Origin: Anaerolineae bacterium
Lineage (GTDB): Bacteria > Chloroflexota > Anaerolineae > UBA4142
Assembly (NCBI GenBank): GCA_034433515.1
Contig: DAOUAL010000023.1
Span: 73-64,072 of the forward strand
Direction of reading: 5' to 3'
DNA length: 64,000 nucleotides
Shown: positions 20,176 through 29,685 of the stretch, in pieces
Layout: each line of letters opens with the position of its first letter
Position numbering within the stretch: position 1 is the stretch's first letter
The notes under the pieces: generated by a model
The model's input: only the letters and a program-made list of their open reading frames with translations
The model's database searches: none
Told to the model about the DNA's origin: nothing
Position numbers and translations under genes: made by a program

Positions 20176-20603
20176 CCTCCTTTGAAAATGTAGGACAAAT
20201 TTGAAATTTGTCCCACACGTAGTCCATTTTTCATCTGACCGCTGGTGCGCCGAAGGCGAATGAGCACCTCCTCTGAAAATAGGTTTGTCGTCGCGCGATT
20301 CATCGCGCGGGCGCTCAAGCGCCGCACTACGAGCTCACTCGCTTATTTTCATCTCTCTGCGGGTGCGCCAACGGCGGATGAACAACTCCCCTATGATTAT
20401 ATCACGCTGGGTCAAATCGTTGAATCGTTTATTCGTTGGCGCATGGGCAAGCGAGGGTTTGTCCGTGTTTGTTTTCGTGGTAAAATAGAGGACAGGGTAC
20501 AAATAGGGTTTCGCGGCAACCAGAACCCCAAGCCCGCCTGCGCGTACAGACAAGTCGCCGACTCGTCTCTCCCAACCGACGCAGGTTTGTCCCACATTTT
20601 TGA
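20176..20603. repeat. Mosaic intergenic repeat cluster, family A, locus 1
   Basis: Near-perfect (one mismatch) 29-nt palindrome 'tgtaggacaaatttgaaatttgtcccaca' (20189-20217). Also modules 'gcgcgattcatcgcgcgggcgctcaaScgccgYactacgagctcacKcgcttat', 'ggtgcgccaacggcgg', 'gaaggcgaatgagc' and 'ttgaaaatagg'. All recur at 45906..46340. Confidence 0.8.
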
Positions 20604-20615
20604 AGGAGACCTACT

Positions 20616-22007
20616 ATTCCCAAACTCACTACCTTTCCATCCCAACCTCCCATCGAGCGCGCGTTTCTCGTCGGCGTAGAATTAAAGCGTTCGCGCAACG
20701 AATTTCCAATCGAGGATTCGCTCGATGAACTTGAACGGCTTGCGGAAACGGCGGGGCTTGTCGTCGTTGGGCGCGCCGTGCAGCACATCGAACGCATCAA
20801 CCCGGCGACGTTCATCGGCAAAGGCAAACTCGCGGAGATCATCGCCGCGCGCGCCGAGACGCCGTACGATGTGCTGATCTTTGACGACGAACTCGCGCCG
20901 AATCAACAGCGTGAGATAGAACAAGCATTTGGCGGCGATGATATCAAAGTCTTGGATCGCACGGCGCTCATCCTCGATATTTTCGCGCAACACGCGCACA
21001 CACGCGAAGGCGCGCTCCAAGTTGAACTCGCGCAGTACGAGTATCGCCTGCCGCGTCTGACACGAATGTGGACGCACCTGGCGCGGCAAGCCGGCGGCGC
21101 GGCAGGGCGGGGCGGTACCGGCGGCGTCGGCTTGCGCGGTCCCGGCGAACGCCAATTGGAACTCGACCGCCGCGAGATTCGCAATCGTATTGCGCATCTC
21201 AAAAAACAAATCGAAGAGGTGCGGCAGCAGCGGCGCGAGCATCGGCGCAAGCGTCAACGCGAGGGATTGCCAGTCGTCGCGATTGTGGGGTACACCAACG
21301 CCGGCAAGTCCACGCTCCTCAACGCGCTCACCGATGCTGGCGTCCTTGTCGAAGACAAATTGTTTGCCACACTCGACCCCACGACGCGACGCGTGAAACT
21401 GCCGGGCGGCTCGGACGCGCTCTTCACCGATACCGTTGGCTTTATCCAGAAATTGCCAACGCAACTCGTCGCTGCGTTCCGCGCCACACTCGAAGAGATT
21501 ACCGAAGCGGATGTGCTGCTGCATGTTCTCGATGCGTCGCACCCGAATCTGCGCGAGCACGCGCGCGCGGTGGAAGAGACGCTGTGCGAGATTGGCGCAG
21601 GCGACAAGCCGATCGTGATGGCGTTGAACAAGATGGATAAAGTGACAGGCGGCGGGAGACAGGCGGCAAGTGGCGGTAGAGACGCATCGGTGATGCGGCT
21701 GGTTACACAAGACGGATTGACGCGTGTGGCGCCGGATGAATTTTTGCGCGAGGGGAATGCCGTACACATCTCCGCGCTGACAGGGCAGGGGTTGGACGAA
21801 TTGCTCGTGCTCATCGAGCGGACGCTGGCGGAGGAGATGGTTGCGGTGCGTGTGCAGATTCCGTATCGCGCGAACGAACTGGTGGCGCTCTTTCACCAGC
21901 GCGGCATCGTCGCGCGCGAAGAATTCACGGAACGCGGCACGCTCATCGAAGGCAGCATCGCGCGGAATTTGTTAACTCGTTTGGCGCGGTACAAAATTGA
22001 GGGTTGA
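20616..22007 (+). CDS. hflX: GTPase HflX (start codon uncertain, probably non-canonical ATT)
   Basis: G1 'GYTNAGKSTLLNAL', G3 'DTVGF', G4 'NKMD'. The conserved N-domain 'ERAFLVGVEL...FIGKGK' begins upstream of the first GTG (20778). There is no ATG/GTG/TTG between the stop at 20601 and 20778. 'aaggaga' lies 7 nt before ATT 20616. Confidence 0.8.
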   Translation: MPKLTTFPSQPPIERAFLVGVELKRSRNEFPIEDSLDELERLAETAGLVVVGRAVQHIERINPATFIGKGKLAEIIAARAETPYDVLIFDDELAPNQQREIEQAFGGDDIKVLDRTALILDIFAQHAHTREGALQVELAQYEYRLPRLTRMWTHLARQAGGAAGRGGTGGVGLRGPGERQLELDRREIRNRIAHLKKQIEEVRQQRREHRRKRQREGLPVVAIVGYTNAGKSTLLNALTDAGVLVEDKLFATLDPTTRRVKLPGGSDALFTDTVGFIQKLPTQLVAAFRATLEEITEADVLLHVLDASHPNLREHARAVEETLCEIGAGDKPIVMALNKMDKVTGGGRQAASGGRDASVMRLVTQDGLTRVAPDEFLREGNAVHISALTGQGLDELLVLIERTLAEEMVAVRVQIPYRANELVALFHQRGIVAREEFTERGTLIEGSIARNLLTRLARYKIEG

Positions 22008-22481
22008 ATGATTTCCGAAGTTGAACTCGTCATTATTTTGCGCGCGTTCATTGCCGCGTTGCTCGGTTTCATCATCGGCTGGCAACGCGAGAGTATGGGC
22101 GCGGCGGCGGGCGATCGAACCTTTGCCTTGATGTCGCTGGGCGTGGCGGCGTTGACGGCGTACGTGAGCGTCATCTTTCCCAATGAGATCGCGCGTTTGA
22201 TTGCCGGCTTGCTGACCGGCATCGGGTTCTTGGGCGGCGGGATGATTATGCGGATGCAGACCGGACGCATTCGTGGGTTGACGACGGCGGCGAGTCTCTG
22301 GGCATCCACGAGCATCGGCGTGTTGGTGGGAGCAGGCTATTACGTGATCAGCATCGCGCTGACCGTGCTAGTGTTGTTTATTTTGATGTGGGAACGCTTG
22401 CCGATGCTGTCGCGTTTTCGCAGTCCGCGCACTCATTCGCCGCATAGTGAGCCGCCGCGTGAACCACCACAGACCGGCTAA
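22008..22481 (+). CDS. MgtC/SapB-family membrane protein
   Basis: 'LRAFIAALLGFIIGWQRE', 'GLTTAASLW'. The ATG abuts the hflX stop. Confidence 0.8.
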   Translation: MISEVELVIILRAFIAALLGFIIGWQRESMGAAAGDRTFALMSLGVAALTAYVSVIFPNEIARLIAGLLTGIGFLGGGMIMRMQTGRIRGLTTAASLWASTSIGVLVGAGYYVISIALTVLVLFILMWERLPMLSRFRSPRTHSPHSEPPREPPQTG

Positions 22482-22495
22482 AAGTTTGACATGGG

Positions 22496-23812
22496 TCATT
22501 GATGAAACGTTCGCCAAAGGTTTATGCCGAGACATACCACAGCGAGCCAGCCCATTGCGCCGGAAATTCCAAGCGCGATGTTCATTCCCGGCGTATCGAG
22601 TGCAAAGAGTGGAAAGACGCGGGTCAACGCGGCAAGATTTCCCAGCCAGAAGGTTGCTAGAACTAGACGTGGACTCGCCACGCGCCGTTTACCGCTAAAC
22701 CCGGGAAGCATGCGCACCGCCATTCCAAAAATCAAGAGGGTGATGAATCCAACCGTGAGCGCATGCCGTTCAATGTCCGGGTTGAACAGAGCAGCGAATC
22801 CCAAGAGCGAGGCAGCGCCATCAATGATCGCGAGTGCGCTGGCGAAGACAAGCCACACATATGCCGAGAGAATGAGCAATTCGAAACGACCGTACTCGCC
22901 GTGATCCGGATAATCTCGGCGCGTGGGGAGTCGTGTTTCGACGTAATCGGGCGGGGGTGGCGTGCGCGGCGTTGTCCACGCCGCTTTGCGTCGCAACAGC
23001 ACATCCAGTTCCCAGATGAACACGAGCACCGCGCCACCTTCGAGCATCTTGCCCAGCGGCAAAAAGAACGGTTGTTCTAACCATCGCAGTATGACGCCGC
23101 TGACATAAATGACAAAGATCGGATAGAGACCGTACTGTGGGGGAGATGCAAGGCGCATGAATAGCGGCAGGTTTCTCACCGCGAAAACAATCGTCATTGG
23201 AATGATGAATCCAAAGATCATCATGTTGGTCAGCCAGCGATTGGGAGCGAACGGAAACAAGCCGGGCGATGAGAGCGAAAGGACGGCGTTGAGCAAAGCG
23301 GCGCCAACCAGACTCGTCAGCGCGAGAGCCAGGTAGGGTCGCACGTGAACGATGGGTGCATCGCCGATGGCGGGGCGTCCACGGCGAAACGAGGCAACGA
23401 TCATCGCGATGAATAGCGCAATGCCAATGAGTTCAATAATGCCCGAGACCATCGTACCAAAGCGTCCCAGAGCGTCGAAAGGCGAGCCGAGAGGGATAAA
23501 GGGCTGGCTGAGGGTGCGGAGCGCGATGCCTGTGACGAGCGCCGCCAGTGACCACGGGGCAAGTTCGATCCGCGCCAACATCGTGCCGCGCAGTCGCGGG
23601 AGGAAGAAGAGTCCAACACCAATGATAAACACGCCCACCCAGCCAAAGAGTTGCGCGTGTCCGTGGGCTTGCACCATTGCCATCCACCATGCGCCTAACG
23701 TAAAATGAAACGCCCAGGCAGCCACGAGAATCGCGGCGTAACCAAAGCCGGTGGTGAGTGCGACGGCAATGGCGGCGAAGACGAATGGTTCGTGAACGTG
23801 TCGTTGGTCCAT
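22496..23812 (-). CDS. NnrS-like polytopic membrane protein
   Basis: About 12 TM helices. 'AHGHAQLFGWVGVFIIGVGLFFLPR' resembles the NnrS 'HxHxMxFGF' region. Confidence 0.45.
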   Translation of the reverse strand: MDQRHVHEPFVFAAIAVALTTGFGYAAILVAAWAFHFTLGAWWMAMVQAHGHAQLFGWVGVFIIGVGLFFLPRLRGTMLARIELAPWSLAALVTGIALRTLSQPFIPLGSPFDALGRFGTMVSGIIELIGIALFIAMIVASFRRGRPAIGDAPIVHVRPYLALALTSLVGAALLNAVLSLSSPGLFPFAPNRWLTNMMIFGFIIPMTIVFAVRNLPLFMRLASPPQYGLYPIFVIYVSGVILRWLEQPFFLPLGKMLEGGAVLVFIWELDVLLRRKAAWTTPRTPPPPDYVETRLPTRRDYPDHGEYGRFELLILSAYVWLVFASALAIIDGAASLLGFAALFNPDIERHALTVGFITLLIFGMAVRMLPGFSGKRRVASPRLVLATFWLGNLAALTRVFPLFALDTPGMNIALGISGAMGWLAVVCLGINLWRTFHQ

Positions 23813-23861
23813 TTTGGCTACTTTTCAGTCTAGCGAGAAATTGGCGTTACGTCAAGCGAAT

Positions 23862-23890
23862 TTGACAAGATATCCCACATTCATTATACT
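23862..23890 (+). promoter_or_regulatory. Putative sigma70 promoter upstream of the recombinase
   Basis: TTGACA, 17-nt spacer, TATACT, in an AT-rich spacer region. Confidence 0.45.
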
Positions 23891-24007
23891 TTCAATAACT
23901 GAAATTATTACAAGTGATGTGCTTGACAAAATGAAACACGCCCCAATATCCCCTGCTCCCACCAGGAGCGATAAATCAACTCCATTTATTGCGCTAGAAG
24001 GTGTTCA

Positions 24008-25027
24008 ATGTCCACCAGTCATTCAGTTCCGATCTCCGACGCCATCCGCGAGTATCTTGATCAACTAGCGGTGGGCAAGCAACCACTCACGGTGCAAGCG
24101 TACCACGTCGCCTTGCGACGCTTTGCCACCTTTTTGACCGAACATCAAAAAATCTCGCCTGAACGTCCGGTCGGCAAATTGACCATTGACCACGCCATCG
24201 AATTTGGCAAATCGTTACAAGGCTTGGCACCCGCCACCATCAAAAACTATCTCGCGGCACTCTCGCAATTCTATCGTTTCTTGTTTGCCAAGCGTTGGGT
24301 GGTCATTGATACCGCCGATCACGAGCGTTTGTTTGCGACGCTGAAACAAATGCGACCGCGCGCCTCAAGTCTGCCACGCGTGCCCACCGATGAAATGATA
24401 GATGCTCTGATCCAAGCCGCCAGCGAGCCGAGAGGAACTTTAAAACGCAAGCCATCCCCGGGTGACCGGGAACGCGCTGAATTACAACGATTACGGAATG
24501 TCGCTTTGCTGCTCGCCTTGCGTTCATCCGGGATGCGTTTGGGCGAAGTGCTGGCGCTTCAACGGGGAGATTTGGATTATCGCAACAAATCGGCGCTGGT
24601 TACCGGCAAAGGACGCAAACAGCGAATGGTGTATTTCGATGAACGCGCCTGGAATGCCATCCAGGAGTATTTGCACGCGCGCCAAGATGGTAAACTCGTC
24701 CGGGCTATGTCGCACTTGCCGGTGTTCGCTCGCCACGATCGCCGTGCCGGCAACAAGATTCTACCCTTGACGCGCCAAGGAGTTGAACAGGTCTTTGCCA
24801 AACTCGCTGAACGCGCCCAAGTGGATCCCAAACCAACGCCGCATTGGTTTCGCCATTGGTTTGCGACGCAAATTCTGGATCGCACGCAAGATTTGGCGGC
24901 GTTGCAAGATATGCTGGGGCACGAATCGCCAGTAACGACGCGCATCTATGCCAAGGTTTCAACCCGCCGATTGCGCCAAGTCCATAATTATGCCTTTGGC
25001 GATAAGAAGACGCAAGATGAAAAATAA
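24008..25027 (+). CDS. Tyrosine site-specific recombinase (XerC/D / phage-integrase family)
   Basis: N-terminal SAM-like domain. Catalytic set: 'SSGMRLGEVLAL' (R), 'HWFRHWFAT' (HxxR), 'LGHESPVTTRIYAKV' (H, Y). Confidence 0.88.
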   Translation: MSTSHSVPISDAIREYLDQLAVGKQPLTVQAYHVALRRFATFLTEHQKISPERPVGKLTIDHAIEFGKSLQGLAPATIKNYLAALSQFYRFLFAKRWVVIDTADHERLFATLKQMRPRASSLPRVPTDEMIDALIQAASEPRGTLKRKPSPGDRERAELQRLRNVALLLALRSSGMRLGEVLALQRGDLDYRNKSALVTGKGRKQRMVYFDERAWNAIQEYLHARQDGKLVRAMSHLPVFARHDRRAGNKILPLTRQGVEQVFAKLAERAQVDPKPTPHWFRHWFATQILDRTQDLAALQDMLGHESPVTTRIYAKVSTRRLRQVHNYAFGDKKTQDEK

Positions 25028-25053
25028 TCTCGCCTTGCTAAACCAAGGAAACA

Positions 25054-26958
25054 ATGACTAGAAACTTGCGGTGTCTCACTACGTTGTTGCTCCTCAGCGG
25101 TCTTGTCCTTGCCTGCGATCCAACTCCCACCCCCTCTTCCCCTACTCTCTTCCCGGTCACTACGCCCCGAGTCATTATCGAGCCGGTGCCGACCAATACC
25201 CCCGCTCTGCTTGACCCTCTTCCCACAATCACACCGGACAATAAAACGATTATCGAAAGCACACCCCCCTGGCGTCCCTTGACGACTCGACCGAGCGTGC
25301 CCTACACCGCGTTCGATTTCTTGAGCGATTATTTGACGAACCAAACTTGGCAACGCATCATTGAAGGCAAGCCGTGGACGAACAACACCGTGAATGTTGC
25401 GCAATGGCAAGAGGAATTGGGCGGCGTAACGTATTGGGACTTTTTCAGTGAACCGGAAAATTGGGACTCGCCGTTTTATATGTGGCAACGCGACGATGGA
25501 CAATGGCAACCGTACCAAAAAGAAACGATTCGCACCTCTGCCGGTGCTGAGCTGGTGGGCTATGTCTTGCTCGATCGCCAAGGTCCCGGGGCGATGGATC
25601 GGTTATGGTTCACGCAGGACGCGGTATGGATGCTCACTACTGAACAATCGCGCCAAGATGTGGGACCCATCAAAAATATGGACGAACTGATCGAATGGGG
25701 GAATCTCGATAAACTCGGAAATCTGCGCATCGAAGTAGATGGACGCGTGGTTTACGATGCACCGGTCTTGGAGTGGATTTCTGGCAAAGCCTTTCGTCTC
25801 ACACCCGAGTTAACCCAGATTCTCACGTGGCGGCACCGTGAGTTTGGGTCAACGGGAAATATCATTCCGATTCTGTACCAACAACGTTTGCGGGTGCTGA
25901 CATACGGCGGAACCAAAAAGCCCAAATGGTTTCTCGCCACCGGCGTTCGCTTTGCCAACACTGTCCGCGTTCTCTCATACACCAATTCCTCCACCGATCT
26001 ACCGATTGACCAAATGAACGCCTTGGTACGGAATGTCCTTCAACCAGACAAGTTCCTAGACAGTTTAGAGAATCGGCGGACGATCACGTCCCGCGTTGAA
26101 CCCACTCATCCAGCGGTCATTCAATTCAACGGTGCCGGCACGCTGGCTGCGTTGCAATTTGAGATTGCCAAACCCAACGATCCAAAACAACTTTGGTTGC
26201 GTATCAAGTACGATGATACTTTGGCAATCAACCTGCCGCTGAGCGCTTTCTTTGGCGATCAAGATTATGTGGTGCCACATCGCTCATCGCCTATCGGCAT
26301 CATCGAGACGAGTAACGCCTATTTATTTTACAGCAACCTCCCCCTGCCCTATCAAGCCGGGATGACCATCGAATTATCGAGTAAGCAAGCGATGACGGTT
26401 TCAACGCGGTTCGCCTTGACGCCGCAATTGGCGCAAACGCAATTGTGGGTGGCTTTCAATCCGCTGACCAAACTGGCCGTGCATTCACCCGATTACCAAG
26501 TGATGCTCGAAGGCAATGGCAAACTAGTAGGCATTGTTTTAGAAACAGCCGACCAGGAATTGGACAAGATTCCCAAAATCTTTGTACCCGGCAAACCCGG
26601 CATTGAAGACCCGGTGAAACGTGCGTGGCCAATGGGCTATCTGGAAGGCAACTTGATGTTAAAGGACGGCGAAGGCAACACTCGTATCTTTGGCGGACAC
26701 GAAGACTGGGCGGATGGGGGATTCTATTTCAATCGTGGTTACACCGAACCGCCGGGTGGATCGAATCGGCCGTTTGGTGGCATTCTGCGCTACAAAGATG
26801 GCAAAGAGGGTTACGCCACCATCTTTCGCTATTTCAACGATTTAGCGGCTTTTCGTTTTCGGAATGGGTTGACCCTATCGTTTGGTCATGGCACTTGGAA
26901 GAATAATTTTCCGGTCAGTTATGGGACCACGATCTTTTATTATCGTGAGGTCCAATGA
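25054..26958 (+). CDS. Secreted lipoprotein, DUF2961 (GH172-like) suspected
   Basis: Lipobox 'LVLAC'. C-terminal 'GNGKLVGIVLE...YLEGNLMLKDGEGNTRIFGGHEDWADGGFYF' resembles the DUF2961 core. Confidence 0.4.
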   Translation: MTRNLRCLTTLLLLSGLVLACDPTPTPSSPTLFPVTTPRVIIEPVPTNTPALLDPLPTITPDNKTIIESTPPWRPLTTRPSVPYTAFDFLSDYLTNQTWQRIIEGKPWTNNTVNVAQWQEELGGVTYWDFFSEPENWDSPFYMWQRDDGQWQPYQKETIRTSAGAELVGYVLLDRQGPGAMDRLWFTQDAVWMLTTEQSRQDVGPIKNMDELIEWGNLDKLGNLRIEVDGRVVYDAPVLEWISGKAFRLTPELTQILTWRHREFGSTGNIIPILYQQRLRVLTYGGTKKPKWFLATGVRFANTVRVLSYTNSSTDLPIDQMNALVRNVLQPDKFLDSLENRRTITSRVEPTHPAVIQFNGAGTLAALQFEIAKPNDPKQLWLRIKYDDTLAINLPLSAFFGDQDYVVPHRSSPIGIIETSNAYLFYSNLPLPYQAGMTIELSSKQAMTVSTRFALTPQLAQTQLWVAFNPLTKLAVHSPDYQVMLEGNGKLVGIVLETADQELDKIPKIFVPGKPGIEDPVKRAWPMGYLEGNLMLKDGEGNTRIFGGHEDWADGGFYFNRGYTEPPGGSNRPFGGILRYKDGKEGYATIFRYFNDLAAFRFRNGLTLSFGHGTWKNNFPVSYGTTIFYYREVQ

Positions 26959-27027
26959 GCAACCATCGTCTTGGGTAACCAGCAAAAAATCCTTCTCATC
27001 TATTTTTCATGATCGTTTCATCAGCCA

Positions 27028-27057
27028 TTGACCAATCGCAGATTATTGTGCTACAAT
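27028..27057 (+). promoter_or_regulatory. Putative extended -10 promoter
   Basis: TTGACC, 18-nt spacer, TACAAT with 'tgc' immediately upstream. Confidence 0.45.
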
Positions 27058-27101
27058 GCGCAGCGATAAAAGAGGATCGTCTAGGAAAGGATTGACTCAG
27101 T

Positions 27102-28295
27102 ATGAGGAATCTGCTCAGATTACTTGCAATCGGTATGTTGATAATCGTCATCCTGTTCGGTGCGTTTGTGGCTGGTTTTGGCCTCAATTATTATCAAGTC
27201 AAAACTCAAACGATTAGTGTGGATATTCCGCGCAACGTGGGAATCCTTTGGGAAGCGTGGAATATTCTCAAAAACGAATACTATGGTCAGATTCCGAGCC
27301 GTCAAGAACTGACACGCGGTGCCATTCGCGGAATGTTGCGTGCGCTCAACGACCCGCATACTGTTCTCATCGAGCCAGCCCCAGCCCAAGCCGAACAAGC
27401 CTCGCTCAAAGGCGAAACTGGCGATGTGGGTCTGAATCTTGATGTGCGGAATCACGTCCTCGTAGTCATTTCGCCGGTGCCCAACTCGCCGGCAGACCGG
27501 GCGGGCTTGCGCGCGGGCGACATCTTGCTCAAGATTGGCGACGTAACGTTAGAGTTTGATACCACGCCTCAAAAAGCGCAAGAACTGTTGCGCGGACCGA
27601 TCGGTAGCAAGATCGTGCTTATGTATCGGCGCATTGGTGAAGACAAACCGATTGAAGTCGAATTGATCCGCGAAAAGTACGCGCTTCCCACCGTTGAAGC
27701 CAAAGTGTTGCCGGGCACGACCTTCGGTTACATCAAGGTTACGATGGAAACGGCTGAAACTGCTAACGAATTCAACCAAGCCCTCGATACCTTAAAATCG
27801 CAAAAGGTGACCGGGCTGGTGCTTGATCTGCGCAACAATCCCGGCGGACTGTTTCCCGACCCGGTGCTTGAGATGGCGGGTCAATTTCTGAAGAATAACG
27901 ATGTGGTACTGTACGAAAAATATCGCGATGGCACCGAACGCGAGTACAAAGCCGGCAGTCGGCGCGGCGCCGTTGATTTGCCGTTGGTTGTTCTGGTCAA
28001 CAGCGGCACCGCGAGCGCGGCAGAGATTCTGGCTGGCGCGCTTCAAGATTACAAACGCGCGCCCCTCATCGGCGAGCCGACGTATGGCAAAGGATCAGTC
28101 CAAGCCATCCGTCAATTGAGCGATGGTTCGGCGTTGCATATTACCACCGCCACGTGGTACACCCCCCAGCGCAATCAGATCGAAGGCACCGGCTTGCAAC
28201 CCGATATCGCCATTCCACTCACCGATGACTCGATTAAAAAAGGACTTGATCCACAACTCAATCGCGCAATTGACTATCTGAAAAAGGGATCGTAA
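27102..28295 (+). CDS. S41 C-terminal processing peptidase
   Basis: PDZ 'GDILLKIGD'. Catalytic Ser region 'VNSGTASAAEILAGAL' and Lys region 'TYGKGSVQ'. Confidence 0.88.
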   Translation: MRNLLRLLAIGMLIIVILFGAFVAGFGLNYYQVKTQTISVDIPRNVGILWEAWNILKNEYYGQIPSRQELTRGAIRGMLRALNDPHTVLIEPAPAQAEQASLKGETGDVGLNLDVRNHVLVVISPVPNSPADRAGLRAGDILLKIGDVTLEFDTTPQKAQELLRGPIGSKIVLMYRRIGEDKPIEVELIREKYALPTVEAKVLPGTTFGYIKVTMETAETANEFNQALDTLKSQKVTGLVLDLRNNPGGLFPDPVLEMAGQFLKNNDVVLYEKYRDGTEREYKAGSRRGAVDLPLVVLVNSGTASAAEILAGALQDYKRAPLIGEPTYGKGSVQAIRQLSDGSALHITTATWYTPQRNQIEGTGLQPDIAIPLTDDSIKKGLDPQLNRAIDYLKKGS

Positions 28296-28435
28296 CTCGG
28301 ACGAGCCGAAACAACACTGGAATTTATCCACAAAGAACACGAAGATTTCTGTGTTCTTCCTTCGTGACCTGGGTACCCTTCGTGGCTGAAACAATCTTGG
28401 CTTTTTGTGCAACGATTTGGATAGGTACCATTCCA
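28293..28435 (+). repeat. Dispersed intergenic repeat, family B, copy 2
   Basis: Roughly three quarters identical by eye to 3313..3465, in the same orientation. It starts at the stop codon of the upstream S41 gene. Confidence 0.7.
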
Positions 28436-28457
28436 TTGAACGAAAAGTGAGGGAACT

Positions 28458-29660
28458 ATGCTTCGAGGATTTTTGCGCATCGTCTTGTTGACGATCGTTA
28501 CGACAATACTAGTGAGTGCCGCTTTTGCAGGCGGGTATGCCACCAGCCGCGTGGTCTTTTCCCCTCCCCCACCGCCGGACGGGGGTGCCCCAGCCGATTG
28601 GAAAGCCGATTTTCCGCTATTCTGGGAAGCGTGGCACTGGGTACAACAAGATTTCTACAAAACACCCCTCAATGCTGAAGAAATGATGAACGGTGCCATC
28701 GCTGGGATGGTGCGTGCCCTGGGCGATCCTCACACCGCGTTTGTAGATGCCAAGACCGCAGCGATTACGGCAACCGAGTTGCAGGGTTCGTTCGAGGGGA
28801 TTGGCGCAACCGTCGAAATGCGCGAGGGCCGGTTGACGATTGTCGCACCCATCAAGGGATCCCCGGCAGACAAAGCCGGCTTGCTTCCCAATGATGTGAT
28901 CCTCCAAGTCAATGATACCGTCATTCAAAATATGACCGTCAATGATGCGGTGCGTTTGATTCGCGGTCCCAAAGGCACACCGGTGAAATTGCTGATTCAG
29001 CGTGCCAAGCAAGCACCTTTCACCGTTGAAATCATTCGTGATACGATTCGGGTCCCCTTTGTCGAATCGCGGATGATCGAAAACACTTCGATTGCCTATC
29101 TGCGTCTCAACGATTTTGGTGCGACCGCGCCGGAGGAAATGCGCGCGGCGTTACGCGAGTTGCTGGCGCAAAAACCGACCGGCTTGATTTTCGATCTGCG
29201 CAGTGATCCCGGCGGCTATCTCAGCGTCTCGGTTGATGTCGCTAGCCAATTCCTCCGGGCGGGCCAAGTCGTCTTGATCGAAAAAGATAAGAATGGCAAT
29301 GCCCAGGAATTTAGAGCCAAACCCGGGGGCCTCGCGCTGGACATTCCGATGGTGCTCTTAATTGATGGGGGTTCGGCAAGCGCCTCGGAGATTGTGGCGG
29401 GCGCGCTCAAGGATTATAAACGAGCAACGATTATTGGCGTCAAATCGTTTGGCAAAGGATCGGTGCAAAACGTTCACACCCTTTCCGATAAATCCGAATT
29501 GCGGGTTACCATCGCTCATTTCTTTAGTCCCAAAGGCAACGAGATTCACGACGTGGGCATCACGCCCGATATCGAAGTCAAACCCACCGAAGACGACATT
29601 GCCAACAAGCGTGATCCGCAACTAGAACGCGCCATTCAATTCTTGCAAACGGGCCAATAA
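28458..29660 (+). CDS. S41 C-terminal processing peptidase (paralog)
   Basis: PDZ 'NDVILQVND', 'IDGGSASASEIVAGAL', 'SFGKGSVQ'. Confidence 0.88.
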   Translation: MLRGFLRIVLLTIVTTILVSAAFAGGYATSRVVFSPPPPPDGGAPADWKADFPLFWEAWHWVQQDFYKTPLNAEEMMNGAIAGMVRALGDPHTAFVDAKTAAITATELQGSFEGIGATVEMREGRLTIVAPIKGSPADKAGLLPNDVILQVNDTVIQNMTVNDAVRLIRGPKGTPVKLLIQRAKQAPFTVEIIRDTIRVPFVESRMIENTSIAYLRLNDFGATAPEEMRAALRELLAQKPTGLIFDLRSDPGGYLSVSVDVASQFLRAGQVVLIEKDKNGNAQEFRAKPGGLALDIPMVLLIDGGSASASEIVAGALKDYKRATIIGVKSFGKGSVQNVHTLSDKSELRVTIAHFFSPKGNEIHDVGITPDIEVKPTEDDIANKRDPQLERAIQFLQTGQ

Positions 29661-29685
29661 GTAGAGACGTTGCAATGTGTGTCCT

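Noticed and set aside
20682-21896. 404-aa ORF on the minus strand
   Set aside because: It is exactly antisense to hflX, which has clear GTPase motifs. The product is Arg/His-rich junk typical of antisense frames in GC-rich genes.
23813-27000. Prophage or integrative element around the recombinase
   Set aside because: I recognised no capsid, terminase, repressor, excisionase or transposase genes and no flanking repeats.
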